A stretch of 62,855 bases of DNA, filler included, from Trichomonas gallinae (taxonomy: Eukaryota): the NCBI GenBank assembly GCA_008369845.1. It is 6 parts of 6 records of this genome, joined end to end, with 100 filler letters (N's around TTAATTAATTAA, not from the genome) between each part and the next. Parts side by side here need not be neighbours in the genome. Positions count along the whole stretch, not along the records: positions 18,790 to 45,170 come from MRSU01000399.1; 5 more parts are not named here. The stretch is one strand, 5' to 3'. Numbering within the stretch: position 1 is the first letter of the stretch; each line of letters begins with the position of its first letter. The position numbers and the translations under genes are program-made. The notes under the pieces are model-generated. The model saw only the letters and a program-made list of their open reading frames with translations. It was not told the origin of the DNA and ran no database searches. This document shows, piece by piece, positions 33,834-44,468 of the stretch.

Positions 33834-34787
33834 ATGGACGTTCAACAATTTTGGTCGAATTTGGGAGAATGTCCTGTTTGCTTAGCTCCAATGGTAGAAA
33901 TGGGCGACATAGCTTTCAGAATTCTCTGCCATCGTCATGGCTGCGACGTCTGTTGGACTGGAATGATCAATGGAAGCCAATGGAACAGAAGCAAGACATA
34001 CAGACAGCAGCAAATGGAAATAGATGAGGAAGATAAGCCTCTCGTTATACAAATTTCTGGTTCTATTGATGTTGATTTATTGACCACAGCAAAATCTATG
34101 TCAGAATTCGGAGTTCCCATTGATATTAACCTTGGATGCTGCCAGAAAGTGGCAAAACGCGGTGAATATGGATATTTTATGGTTGATTCTGAGCAAAAAC
34201 GTCAAAATGTCACTCAACTCGTTAAATCTATAACATCTGAGATATCAGTCCCATTATACGTCAAAATCAGACAACTTGTCGATGAAAACAACAACCCAAG
34301 CATTCCAATTACGGTCGAATTTGCAAAACATTTAGAGGAAGCAGGAGCAGCCTTAATCACTATACATGGCCGTCCAGCATCACAAGATAAGCACGGTCCA
34401 ATCGATAGACAACTCGTAAAAGCAATTGTCGATGCAGTGAAAATTCCTGTTATAGCAAATGGCGGAATTACTTCTCTTGATGAGGCAAAAGATCTTATTA
34501 GAGAGACCGGCGCCATCGCAGCAATGAGTGCTCAAAGCTTATTATTGGATCCAACAATTTTCGATAAAACAGGCAAAAAACCAAATACTGTTTTCGCTTT
34601 GGAGTATCTATCGATCTTCGAGAAGTTCCATGTTCCATTTGACGTAGCTAGGCGTCATTTCTTCTACTTTTTCGATAAAGAATTAGGATCTTCAGGAGAA
34701 AAAAGAGCAGCACTTGCTAAAATCACGACAATTGATGGACTTAGGCAGTTCGTCCATGATATAGAAAACGAAAAGAATAAAGAATAG
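33834..34787 (+). CDS. tRNA-dihydrouridine synthase (Dus)
   Basis: LAPMV, PLVIQISG, IDINLGCCQ, VKIR, TIHGR, IPVIANGGI. Confidence 0.93.
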   Translation: MDVQQFWSNLGECPVCLAPMVEMGDIAFRILCHRHGCDVCWTGMINGSQWNRSKTYRQQQMEIDEEDKPLVIQISGSIDVDLLTTAKSMSEFGVPIDINLGCCQKVAKRGEYGYFMVDSEQKRQNVTQLVKSITSEISVPLYVKIRQLVDENNNPSIPITVEFAKHLEEAGAALITIHGRPASQDKHGPIDRQLVKAIVDAVKIPVIANGGITSLDEAKDLIRETGAIAAMSAQSLLLDPTIFDKTGKKPNTVFALEYLSIFEKFHVPFDVARRHFFYFFDKELGSSGEKRAALAKITTIDGLRQFVHDIENEKNKE

Positions 34788-34815
34788 AGTTGTTTATATT
34801 TATCAAACAATTTTT

Positions 34816-35499
34816 TTATTTTGAGGATGAACTCTGCTTTTCTCGACGTGATGACCATGGTATCTTGTGTGTTGTTGCGACATCCATGTTAAATTTCGTT
34901 TCTTTCGGAATTGAAAGAATATCTTCAGAAATTTCTTCCAAAAATTGTCCAAATGGTTTGACTTTGTATGCATATGTCTTTGCTGGTGATGAATCCCTGT
35001 AATTTTGATGAGGGAAGAACTCTATTGTTGGCTGATAAACATCAGTTTTGCATTTCAGTCTATTCACGACAACATCGGTTAATTCTTCATATCTGTCCTT
35101 TAGCACATCGTATTTGAAGCCATCGTTCACCCAAATTTGAACATACGCGATTTTATTTTTAATATTGAAAATTATTCCATTAATTTTATCAGAGAAACTC
35201 AAATCTCCCTCCATCCACTGTAAAACTAGGAAAACAAATACTCTAAATGTTGCGTATTTCAATCCAGTTGAAATATTGAAGTATCCACCATATTTGTTAT
35301 CAGGGGACTGTTTATCTGTCGTTATATCCATGTAAAATAATGATGCTTGTACATTATATCTAGTTAAAGTATCTTTTGCATCTAAAATAACTTTTTTAAA
35401 GTTTTCTCGCGTTTTAATTATAGGTATCTCGGGTTCTGGTTTGATTCCTGTCGCCGAGTCACTGATTTTAAATCTATAGAATGGTTCTTGTTCCTGCAT
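34816..35499 (-). CDS. Divergent eIF4E-family protein
   Basis: SLFYMDI..SPDNKYGGYF..FLVLQWMEG..DKINGIIFNIK..VQIWV..IEFFPH follows eIF4E motif order; ATG at 35499. Confidence 0.65.
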   Translation of the reverse strand: MQEQEPFYRFKISDSATGIKPEPEIPIIKTRENFKKVILDAKDTLTRYNVQASLFYMDITTDKQSPDNKYGGYFNISTGLKYATFRVFVFLVLQWMEGDLSFSDKINGIIFNIKNKIAYVQIWVNDGFKYDVLKDRYEELTDVVVNRLKCKTDVYQPTIEFFPHQNYRDSSPAKTYAYKVKPFGQFLEEISEDILSIPKETKFNMDVATTHKIPWSSRREKQSSSSK

Positions 35500-35841
35500 T
35501 TTTATTTTTGACACTTGGTAAATTAATTGTCAAAAAAAAAATTACATGTCAAATATGTGTCACTTTTAAGCGTCAGCCCCTTCTATTTTGCGTTTTAAAT
35601 GTCAAAGATATCCTTCATTTGACGTGTAACGTGTCTTATTTGACATAGAGTCAGAGATCATTTTTCTAGCACTACATTTTGTTGAACATGAATATTTATG
35701 TGAATAAACAATATGATTCGTATTAAAAACTTTTAAAGGCATTGCTATTGAGGCAAATATACTCGATTTGGTGTGTGAGGAGATTTGATGTTAAAATGGA
35801 AATTAACCTTATTCGTGTAAGCTTGTCAGTTTTTGAATGAT

Positions 35842-36486
35842 ATGAATCAATATGAGTTTAATTCATTACGTGAAATCATTCAAAAATTCAAAGACAAGCC
35901 TGCTTTTTGTCTTATTTCTAAAGCTGAAGCTGAGTCGTGCAAGCTAAAGTTCTCAGAAGTCGAAAAAAATCTTGCGGATAATAAATATGCAAGCATTTTT
36001 GATTTTGTTCTTGACATCAGGTTCATTATTATGAACTGTAAAGAATTTTATGATGAACAGCATGAAAACATCTTGATTTTGAATACTTTATCTCAATGGT
36101 TCGAAAAAAAGATCCAAAAAGTGCCACACGATGAAAAGGAATATATAGATACAATGTTGCAGAAGTACCTTCGCGATTTAGTGCTGATTGAGAGATCTTT
36201 TGCTGTAAATTCTTATATTGTCGAGGTTCCAAACATTGAAAGCGAACAAATTGATAAAGAAACTATAAGAGATTACGAAAATGTTTCATATTTCCAAAAT
36301 TACATTTCACGCTTAACTGAAATGCATCAATACCAAACAGTCTTAACGATTTTGAGAAATTATGGTATTAATGTCGACCCTGTAAAAGAGTCAGTTATCA
36401 ATTTCGATGAAATACCAAAAGCATGCAAAATCGAAATATTTAATTACATCTATCGCCAATACAACGGATACGCTTACAAGAAGTAA
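35842..36486 (+). CDS. Degenerate bromodomain + ET-like domain protein
   Basis: FSEVEKNLADNKYASIFDFVLDIRFIIMNC (bromodomain helices A/B); C-terminal ISRL..VLTILR..VINFDEIP..IFNYI (ET-like). Confidence 0.7.
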   Translation: MNQYEFNSLREIIQKFKDKPAFCLISKAEAESCKLKFSEVEKNLADNKYASIFDFVLDIRFIIMNCKEFYDEQHENILILNTLSQWFEKKIQKVPHDEKEYIDTMLQKYLRDLVLIERSFAVNSYIVEVPNIESEQIDKETIRDYENVSYFQNYISRLTEMHQYQTVLTILRNYGINVDPVKESVINFDEIPKACKIEIFNYIYRQYNGYAYKK

Positions 36487-36907
36487 TACCATATCATATT
36501 TCTTGTCTTTATGTCTCAAATCTTATTCGACAAACATATTATAAAAACAGATTCGTTTTTTTCAAACATGAATCTGTATAGATTGTTCAAATTATTAACT
36601 GAATCATGTACAACGTTCTTTCGAGACCACTTTTGATTTAAAAAAATTAAAATAATTTGAATGCAAACTTCAAATATGGATCATTCAACATGCACCATAT
36701 TACCATGATTTTATTTAAGGTCTGTTATTATTACTAAGTATTTTAATAAAATTGTAAAACATCACAAAAATTCCGAAATTCTTGCAAAAATAGCTTTGTT
36801 TGCTTGATATGTATTTATACTTCTTTTGATTTTTGTTGTTAAAATTTTGCCATGTAAACTATTTTGCTTTGAAAAAAAGCCATGTAAACTGTTTGTTTTG
36901 ACAAAAA

Positions 36908-37798
36908 ATGATAATCTTTTCTATTTGTGTGCAGAACTTAGTCATCCATCCATGGTATATAATTCCATACAAAAATGACTCAATAAAGCGATTTCTATGC
37001 AAGGGATGGTCATGCGAAGCTTCAAAATATCCTCCGCATCAAGTCGATGAATTTGATGAAGTAATAGATGGTTATATCAACGGAAGCTACACAGAAAATC
37101 TCGAAAGGAAAATGATTCAGTTTATTTCACGTGGCTATGACCCAGCATATTGTGCTGCTGGATTATTCACAATGACAGGAACTGGACAATTCAAGCAAAA
37201 TCTATCAAGATCATACAATATGTTAACGAAAGGCGCTCAGAAAGGAATATGGTCATGTATTGATTCTCTTACATTTCATCCATTTACGCCAAATCCAATT
37301 GAACAAGCAAAAATAGCCATGAATTATGGTGGTGTATGGTCTACACTATACTATACTCTTGAAAATATCAAAAATGGTACAAATCTTATAGAATCTTTAG
37401 AAATACTTTCCCATTTGGAAACTGGAGCTACATCCGGTTGGTGGAAAAAGAGAAGGAGTGGAAAACAATATGCAAAAGCTCTTTCAATAATAATGAATAT
37501 GACTGAAGGAGATAAAACAGAAGCATGGGAAATTATGGTGGATTTAGCTGAAGGAAGTAATCTCCCAGCAGCTTTATGGGTTGCTGATGGATATAAAACA
37601 GGAGAAATTGGAAAAGTTAATCCGCTTGAAGGAATCAATATTCTAAAGCCATATATCAGTGCAGGACCTTGGAGAATTGATGCTACTGCTGTTATTGAGT
37701 CGAAAGAAGAATTAAATAAGACAATAATTTTTGATATTGCTTCTAAGATAGGAAATAGCAATGCAGATGCTTTTAGTAGTTTTATTCATTTATTCTAA
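36908..37798 (+). CDS. Secretory-pathway protein with Sel1-like repeats
   Basis: Signal-like N-terminus; AGLFTMTGTGQFKQNLSRSYNMLTKGAQKG and AEGSNLPAALWVADGYKTG resemble SEL1 repeats. Confidence 0.55.
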   Translation: MIIFSICVQNLVIHPWYIIPYKNDSIKRFLCKGWSCEASKYPPHQVDEFDEVIDGYINGSYTENLERKMIQFISRGYDPAYCAAGLFTMTGTGQFKQNLSRSYNMLTKGAQKGIWSCIDSLTFHPFTPNPIEQAKIAMNYGGVWSTLYYTLENIKNGTNLIESLEILSHLETGATSGWWKKRRSGKQYAKALSIIMNMTEGDKTEAWEIMVDLAEGSNLPAALWVADGYKTGEIGKVNPLEGINILKPYISAGPWRIDATAVIESKEELNKTIIFDIASKIGNSNADAFSSFIHLF

Positions 37799-38038
37799 TT
37801 AATGTTTATTTATAAATTTGTTTTTAATTGATATAAATCCTTGAAAATTATAGTTATTTTACTATTGAATAGTGAGTAAGTTATCAATTCATGTACTGAT
37901 ATAATAGGTGATAGCTTATAATTAACAAAATTAATTATTGCAATTTTTTTTTCTTTTGTTTTGCAAAATTTGAATCATTTGAAATATGTATTGCTTTGAG
38001 ATTGTCTTGTATTGATTGATATTTGGAGTAAAAATGAC

Positions 38039-38911
38039 TTACTCGTTTGGATCATTAAATACTATTAATGTATTTTTGTTTGGCTGCGAAATTAAGCTTG
38101 TAGCGACTTTAGCTATTATGCACGAATCTCTAGCATCGTTTATATCCTTTGGATTCTCATCAATTGCAGGAATTAAAATTTCTGCGCCGCGATTTTGTAA
38201 TCTATACTTCATAACTGAAAGTCGCGCATCATTTCTTATGGAATGGAGTCTAGATATACTGTTTATATCAACACTATGTGAGAAAATGTCGTCATCTACT
38301 GTAATTGGAGTTGATTTTGTTTCAACTGTGTTTATTCGTGGTTCAGCAAATATTTCGTCATATTGTTTTGTAGCTTCGTATCTAGTGCTGATTTCCTTGT
38401 ATTTATCCAAGACTTCCGCTAAAGATTCCTTTAATAATCGATATTTATAAACAATTTGAGGATTTGATTCATTTTCTTTATGTATTTTTTGTAATTCTTC
38501 GATAATTAAATCTAAATTCTGAATCAATCTTTCTTGAACGTGCGAAATTGTTGGTCGAGAAATTGCATATAGTTGATTAACAAAATTGTTGTAGCACAAA
38601 TCTCTGTGAAGAGCTGGACTCTGCTTAAATGTCTGTAATTCTTGCTTAAATACTTCATAATCAGTTAATTCTGGTTTTTTATTTTCTTGTTTTTGCAATT
38701 GAACGCCATCTAATTCAGCCAACGTTTTCATAACGAAAAAATCATCTTTTGGTTCCTGTTTTTTGACGACTTCTTTTGGTTTTATTGCTTCATAAATCTT
38801 ATGAAGCTTTTTAGATCTGTGTTTGGCCTTGAAAAGCTTCCTGTCTATTTCAGACTCGATTAAATAGAAGTACTCAGACAGTGCCTGCAGGCTTTGTAGA
38901 GAAGAACTCAT
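38039..38911 (-). CDS. Hypothetical protein (coiled-coil rich)
   Basis: 290-aa ORF with AAAATG start. Confidence 0.75.
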   Translation of the reverse strand: MSSSLQSLQALSEYFYLIESEIDRKLFKAKHRSKKLHKIYEAIKPKEVVKKQEPKDDFFVMKTLAELDGVQLQKQENKKPELTDYEVFKQELQTFKQSPALHRDLCYNNFVNQLYAISRPTISHVQERLIQNLDLIIEELQKIHKENESNPQIVYKYRLLKESLAEVLDKYKEISTRYEATKQYDEIFAEPRINTVETKSTPITVDDDIFSHSVDINSISRLHSIRNDARLSVMKYRLQNRGAEILIPAIDENPKDINDARDSCIIAKVATSLISQPNKNTLIVFNDPNE

Positions 38912-38994
38912 TTTAGTTAATTTTAAACGTTCACCTTTTCTTCATCTCTTCACATTCATCTGCTGAATGTGTTTTAAAATCTAAAACGAGAACA

Positions 38995-39495
38995 ATAGAG
39001 AGAATCATGTGTAGTATAGCTATAATAGAAAGTTGAAATGCTTCAGAGAAAAAAAATTAATCTTGAGGAGAAATGATTAGAATTAGAAGAAATCTTGTGT
39101 ATTGTAGCTATTTTAAAGTCGTGATGCTTCTAATGATAACATCAAAAAGAAAAATTATATTATTTGAAAAAAATGATTAACCTGAGGAGAATTGAATAGA
39201 AATAGAAGAAATCGCGTGTATTTTATCTAAAAGAAAGTCGAAATGCTTCAATTAAGAACATCAAAAAAAATTAAAAACTACCTTATCTAAGAAGAATGAT
39301 TGATTAGTGGAGAATTAAATAGAAGAAATCTTGTGTATTGCATCTTCTAGAAGGTTGAAATGCTTCATATTATAACATCAAAAAGAAAGATGAAATACTA
39401 TTATCAGTAAGAAAAATGTTTAACAAGTGGAGAACTGAATAAAAGAAATCTTGTGTATTGTAGTTACTAGAAAGTTGAAATATTTCATTATAACA
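38995..39495. repeat. Array of five degenerate units of about 90-120 bp (sixth copy at about 40115-40197)
   Basis: Core AGAAATCTTGTGTATTG..AAAGTTGAAATGCTTC recurs near 39001, 39090, 39209, 39326 and 39446. Confidence 0.85.
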
Positions 39496-39799
39496 AGGAT
39501 GAGAACACTTAACAGCGATTTTGTTTTCATAATAGGTTTATTCATGACAAAGAATAGGATATTCACTTCAATTGATTGTTTTAATGAACGTTCAGGCTTC
39601 GTCAAAGTCATGCTATACGCAATTTTTGTATATCAGTATACTACACCAACACTACGTTCTTCAAGCACTGTTTAATTCATAACGAAGAAATGCGGTTAGT
39701 CGATTAAGGCTCATCATTAGTCAAATGCACAAAAACGAGAAATTCGCCCAAAAAAGTGAATATAATCAAACTTTTATTAAATTAACCCGAATGATTATG

Positions 39800-40060
39800 C
39801 TAATTCAGCATATCTACAATTTCAAGATAGTGCTTAGCTGAAGCAATTTTCAAAGCTGTTCTGTAAATGTTATTTTTTGCATTAACATCAAATCCAGGAG
39901 CAGTAAGAAGTAATTTGACAACTTTATGATAACCATTTTCTGAAGCATAAATCAAAGCTGTTTAGTTGCCTATGACTTTTGCATTGATATCTATTCCAGG
40001 AACTGTGAGAAGGAGTTTGACAACTTTATGATTACCATAAAATGAAGCCTGAATCAACTT
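39800..40060 (-). pseudogene. Ankyrin-repeat gene fragment with in-frame stop
   Basis: KLIQASFYGNHKVVKLLLTVPGIDINAKVIGN*TALIYASENGYHKVVKLLLTAPGFDVNAK..TALKIAS..LN*. Confidence 0.8.
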
Positions 40061-40467
40061 TTCATTAGGATTAATGTTATGATATGATATATATATAAGA
40101 TAAAATTCTAGGTAAAATGATTAACTACTGGGGAATTGAATAGATATAGAAGAATTTTTGTGTATTGTATCTTCGAGAAAGTTGAAACGCTTCAATTGAA
40201 AACCCTTATATCTTATCATTATCACAGCTTGACACTTGTATCTTCGAAAAAGCTATGATGCCAATGATAAAAAAATTTGACACGTAAAGTATTGTAATTG
40301 AAAAGTGTCAAGGATATTTGACAACAATCTGGATGTCACTTTTACTAACCATCTATTGTCACTTTTTGGTAATTTTGATTTAGTGGTCAACCTTTTTTAT
40401 TGGTGGTTTTGTGTTGTATTTTTCTATGATGTTTTGATTTTCAATCCGAAAAATTATTTTTTCTTTG

Positions 40468-41634
40468 ATGGCTGAAAAACAGCAAACATACGGAGTCAAT
40501 GTCCGTATTGTTGACAAGATTGCCATGTTCCTTCTCGGCGCCATTAACAACCTCCCGTATGTTATTGGCATCGCTTCCGCAAACAGAATTGTTGACAAGT
40601 ATAATAACCCAACATATTTAGGCTTATCTCTTGCCGCTAACACATTCAGTGGCCTATTCGCACGTTTCATCAATACATGGCTTGCATCAATGAATGTTCC
40701 CTACGAAGTGAATTTTGGACTCAACGCTGCAGCAATGCTTGCTGGCCTTTTAGGTGTCGCATTTTCAAAGAACTTCTGGTTGACACTTGTTTGCGTGTTC
40801 TTGTTTGGATTTTCGTCATCCTTCGGTGAATCTGTTCTTCTCTGCTACATCACAATCAAAAGGAAGCAAAATTTGCTTACATCATGGAGCTCAGGTACAG
40901 GTATGGCTGGAATTTTAGGTGCAAGCTATTCACTTGCATGCGCATTATTCAATTTCAACTACTTCTGGTCATTTGTTGCTGTGACACCAATCGTTTTTGT
41001 ATATATCATCTGCTTCTACTGTATCATCAAACGTTCACCAGAAGAAATCGATGAAAGCAGGACTGTTCCATTACTTTCAGAAAATTCTCAGCCAGCAATG
41101 AACGAAGAGCACGTCAGCTGCTTCGACTGCAAGATTCTAGTCCCAGTTTGGTGGTTTATGTTTAACTGCGGCGCTGTTTACTTCCTCGAATACGTTATCC
41201 AAAGCGCTTACGTTCATTGCGCCCAGGATCCGTCGAAACCGACAAAGTCATACCTCTACGCTCTCCTTAACCTCATGTATCAGATTGGAGTCTTCATTTC
41301 GAGGAGTTCATTAGCATTATTCAAATTCCCATGGGTTGGAGTCTTAACACTCTGCCAGGCTGTTTTCTTCGGCATCTGGGCAACACAGCCGTTCTTCTAT
41401 TGGATGCCGCTTTGGGCTATGATTGTTTTCATGATTTTTGTCGGTTTGTTCGGCGGCTGTTCTTACGTCAACTCTTTCCATCTCATCATGACAAACGAGA
41501 AGCTTACAACAAAGGAGAAAGAAATGGTTACATCATGGAATGCGTTTTTCATCTCTTTGTTTATCGTTTTGTCAGCTGGTTTCACATTCCTATCAGAGCA
41601 GACATATCTCAAGTCGAAAGTTCCCAAAAATTAA
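40468..41634 (+). CDS. CLN3: CLN3/battenin (Btn1) family lysosomal membrane protein
   Basis: LLGAINNLPYVI, SSSFGE, WSSGTGMAGILGA, VYFLEYVI, YQIGVFISRSS, GLFGGCSYVN. Confidence 0.92.
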   Translation: MAEKQQTYGVNVRIVDKIAMFLLGAINNLPYVIGIASANRIVDKYNNPTYLGLSLAANTFSGLFARFINTWLASMNVPYEVNFGLNAAAMLAGLLGVAFSKNFWLTLVCVFLFGFSSSFGESVLLCYITIKRKQNLLTSWSSGTGMAGILGASYSLACALFNFNYFWSFVAVTPIVFVYIICFYCIIKRSPEEIDESRTVPLLSENSQPAMNEEHVSCFDCKILVPVWWFMFNCGAVYFLEYVIQSAYVHCAQDPSKPTKSYLYALLNLMYQIGVFISRSSLALFKFPWVGVLTLCQAVFFGIWATQPFFYWMPLWAMIVFMIFVGLFGGCSYVNSFHLIMTNEKLTTKEKEMVTSWNAFFISLFIVLSAGFTFLSEQTYLKSKVPKN

Positions 41635-42003
41635 ATATATTAGAAATTTCATATTCAATTGAACTTTCATAGAAAGTTCTGTTGGTCAATTATAGAACTT
41701 TTAACTAAAAATTATTCGGTTTAGTTATATTAAATTGATTTAACTATTTTTTATTTTTTAAATTAAATCAAAAAATATTTTATAGATCATGGAATATATG
41801 ACTAAAATTCACTCACTTTTTCCATATATAGATGTGACAATTGCGAAACTTATAGAAAAAATTATTCAATAATAAAAAATATTGTTTAATGAATGAAATG
41901 ACAATAAAATGAATCATTAAATAAGAGTAGTGAGATAATGGTGATAAAAAGAAAAGATAAAATCATGATTATGCGTACGTTTAAAATTTTATTTTTTATT
42001 TTA

Positions 42004-43062
42004 ATGACAGATTTTCTAGATGAAAATAATATATTAGAGGAAAATGATGATCAAAAACATAGCAACTTGTTCAGTAGGATCTGTAGTTCATTAAATAACA
42101 AAATTTGTGACAAATTATATCTTATTGAATCAAATTTCTCTAGTATTGATCGAATATATTGGTATGTCTTAGGATGGATCGTCTCAGCAATGATAACATT
42201 TATTTTAAATTACATGAATTTTAAAGATGAGGGAGAAATTAATTTCATTTGGAAATATTCAACAACAGTCAGCAGTGTTATGTTTATAGCACTATATAAT
42301 ATGTGCCAAAATTTCATAATTTCATTGGAAATATCTGTTATCACAAGTTTTGATTTGTTATTAACAGCTCCAACATTTGAATCATTTGCACGATGGCCAA
42401 TGACACATATATCGATTATCTGTATATTATTTTTATCAAAAATAAATCAAGATGAAAATCATCTTGTAAATTTATTAATTCTTCTTCTTCCGCCAATTGC
42501 ATACTTAATACTTAACCAAACACTCGTAGGATATTCATGCTTATTGCCATTTGGATATGCAGCCATTAAATTTTTAAGATTTATTCTTAAAAAACTAGTT
42601 AATGATGTATTTCAGCAGTCTTTCAAAGTTATAATGGTTATATTATCATATTTCTTCATGTATTCGATATCTTACTTAATTCATTTAGCATCAGGTGAAG
42701 AAAATGATCTTGAATCTTCTTCAATAGCAGAGATTATTGTGGAAGCACAGTTGCACTGTCCAGGAATACTAGCTTTTATACTAATCTCATTGTTAACAAG
42801 TGGCCTTTACATTAAGAATTCTTTTGTTTGGCTCGCATTAATCTTAATTTATGTTCCACGATCGTATTATGGAAATACAAAGACAGAAACAGTTTACAAA
42901 GAAGTAGAAATTGCTTTATTATTCGCTTCTGCTAAATCAATCTCGAGAATTCACAAAGATGAAATTGCGAAGATTTTTTTAATTGTCATTAGTTTCTATT
43001 TATCATATCAATCATTTATTGGCGTTGATGTACTCGGGATCTCTAATATTATTATTGAATGA
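42004..43062 (+). CDS. Hypothetical multi-pass membrane protein (possibly degenerate GT-C fold)
   Basis: About 9-10 hydrophobic segments; start uncertain (41938 to 42004). Confidence 0.65.
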   Translation: MTDFLDENNILEENDDQKHSNLFSRICSSLNNKICDKLYLIESNFSSIDRIYWYVLGWIVSAMITFILNYMNFKDEGEINFIWKYSTTVSSVMFIALYNMCQNFIISLEISVITSFDLLLTAPTFESFARWPMTHISIICILFLSKINQDENHLVNLLILLLPPIAYLILNQTLVGYSCLLPFGYAAIKFLRFILKKLVNDVFQQSFKVIMVILSYFFMYSISYLIHLASGEENDLESSSIAEIIVEAQLHCPGILAFILISLLTSGLYIKNSFVWLALILIYVPRSYYGNTKTETVYKEVEIALLFASAKSISRIHKDEIAKIFLIVISFYLSYQSFIGVDVLGISNIIIE

Positions 43063-44130
43063 ATCGGTGATTTTTGGATCATCGAACACTCGTAATATTT
43101 TCAGTACAAAATCACGCTTTGAAACGTTTACCATATTTTCAGATTTGTCTTGAAAGTCTTTAATTTATGCATAACTATAGATTGTTTGTTGTAAAAATTG
43201 AAATATTTCTCAATACTCGAAAGCCTTTGAATACAGTCAAAAGTTTGCTATCTTTGTATTAAGTCAAATTATAAGAACTATAGAAAGTAATACAGAGACG
43301 TAAAATTGAACAAAAAAATTTAAAAATTGCAACAAACTTTATTTAGAGAATTGTATGCATCCAATCTATTCGATAACTCTGAGTATGTAGAATACAAGCG
43401 CTGTTACGTTGATTTTTCTTAATTTTCATTCGAAAATGAAATATTAACAAAATCTGAAATTGTAGAATAGTGGATGCTATTTGTAGCTCTTTTTAGTGGG
43501 TAATTTGTAGGACATTTATGGAAAAATCCGCATATTTAATCTTGTTGATTGGATTTGAAGGAAAAATCGATTTTTAGTTTATACCTTGAATGACATTATT
43601 ACCTGCATACGTTTTACACAAGCTGTTTGATCAAATATTTTGAGAAGTTGTAAAATTGGAAGGATTTGATGAAAATGAAGCTTCGGCTATTTAATCGGTT
43701 GGCTAATAATATATTGAATTGAGTCAAGATATTATTTAAAACGCCGTGATGTTTTGCAAAGAAAATTGGATAATGAAATTAAAATTGCTGAAAATACCAC
43801 CAATAATCGCTTTGTATCATCGCCTAATTTCATTTGATGGTTTAACAAAATGTAGCTAAGTGATATAGAAGCATTCTTGCACTTTGAACTGATTTTTATG
43901 CAATTTGAGAGCAGTTATAAGTAAACCTTCTTCAGAAAAAATAATTATCGATGTCTCGATCTTTATTGTATGTGCATATGATAACATGATAAAAATAAAT
44001 AATGTCCGTTATTTTGTCAATTACCTCTCAAAATTAGTTGAACACAACATGCTTGCAATATAGTAATAAGCAATATTCTTCATTTCCCTGATTTTCTATA
44101 GTTTACACGCAACTAGTCTATTATATTTTT

Positions 44131-44381
44131 CCCATACTTAAAACGGTTTTTCTTCACAAAAATTGAATAAAACCGTAACAATATTTTTTCTAAGAATTTG
44201 CATGATTGTTAAAATTGAAAAAACTCTTGAGTGAATACTTTGATAATGGGATGCATTCCTTTAACATTCTCGAACATCTCTATAAAGATCATGACCAAGA
44301 ACACACTATTATTGAAACTGAAATTGAATAGTACTCAAATTCATTTTATAAAAGAAAAATCCCATACTCAAAACGGTTTTT
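44131..44381 (+). promoter_or_regulatory. Duplicated 21-bp element containing a Myb-recognition/M3-like AACGGTT
   Basis: CCCATACT(T/C)AAAACGGTTTTT at 44131 and 44361, upstream of a Myb gene. Confidence 0.55.
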
Positions 44382-44468
44382 TCCTCTCAATATGGTACTG
44401 TTTTTTATAAAATTTTGTTAGAGATCTAATTTTTTGGATTTTAGTGTTCACATCATTTTTCGTATAAT

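Noticed and set aside
38907..38934. Possible 28-nt GT..AG intron on the minus strand adding an upstream ATG
   Set aside because: Poor match to the short-intron consensus, and the ORF already has a good AAAATG start
38995..39495. CRISPR-like appearance of the repeat array
   Set aside because: Whole units are homologous and degenerate, there are no unique spacers or cas genes, and the context is eukaryotic
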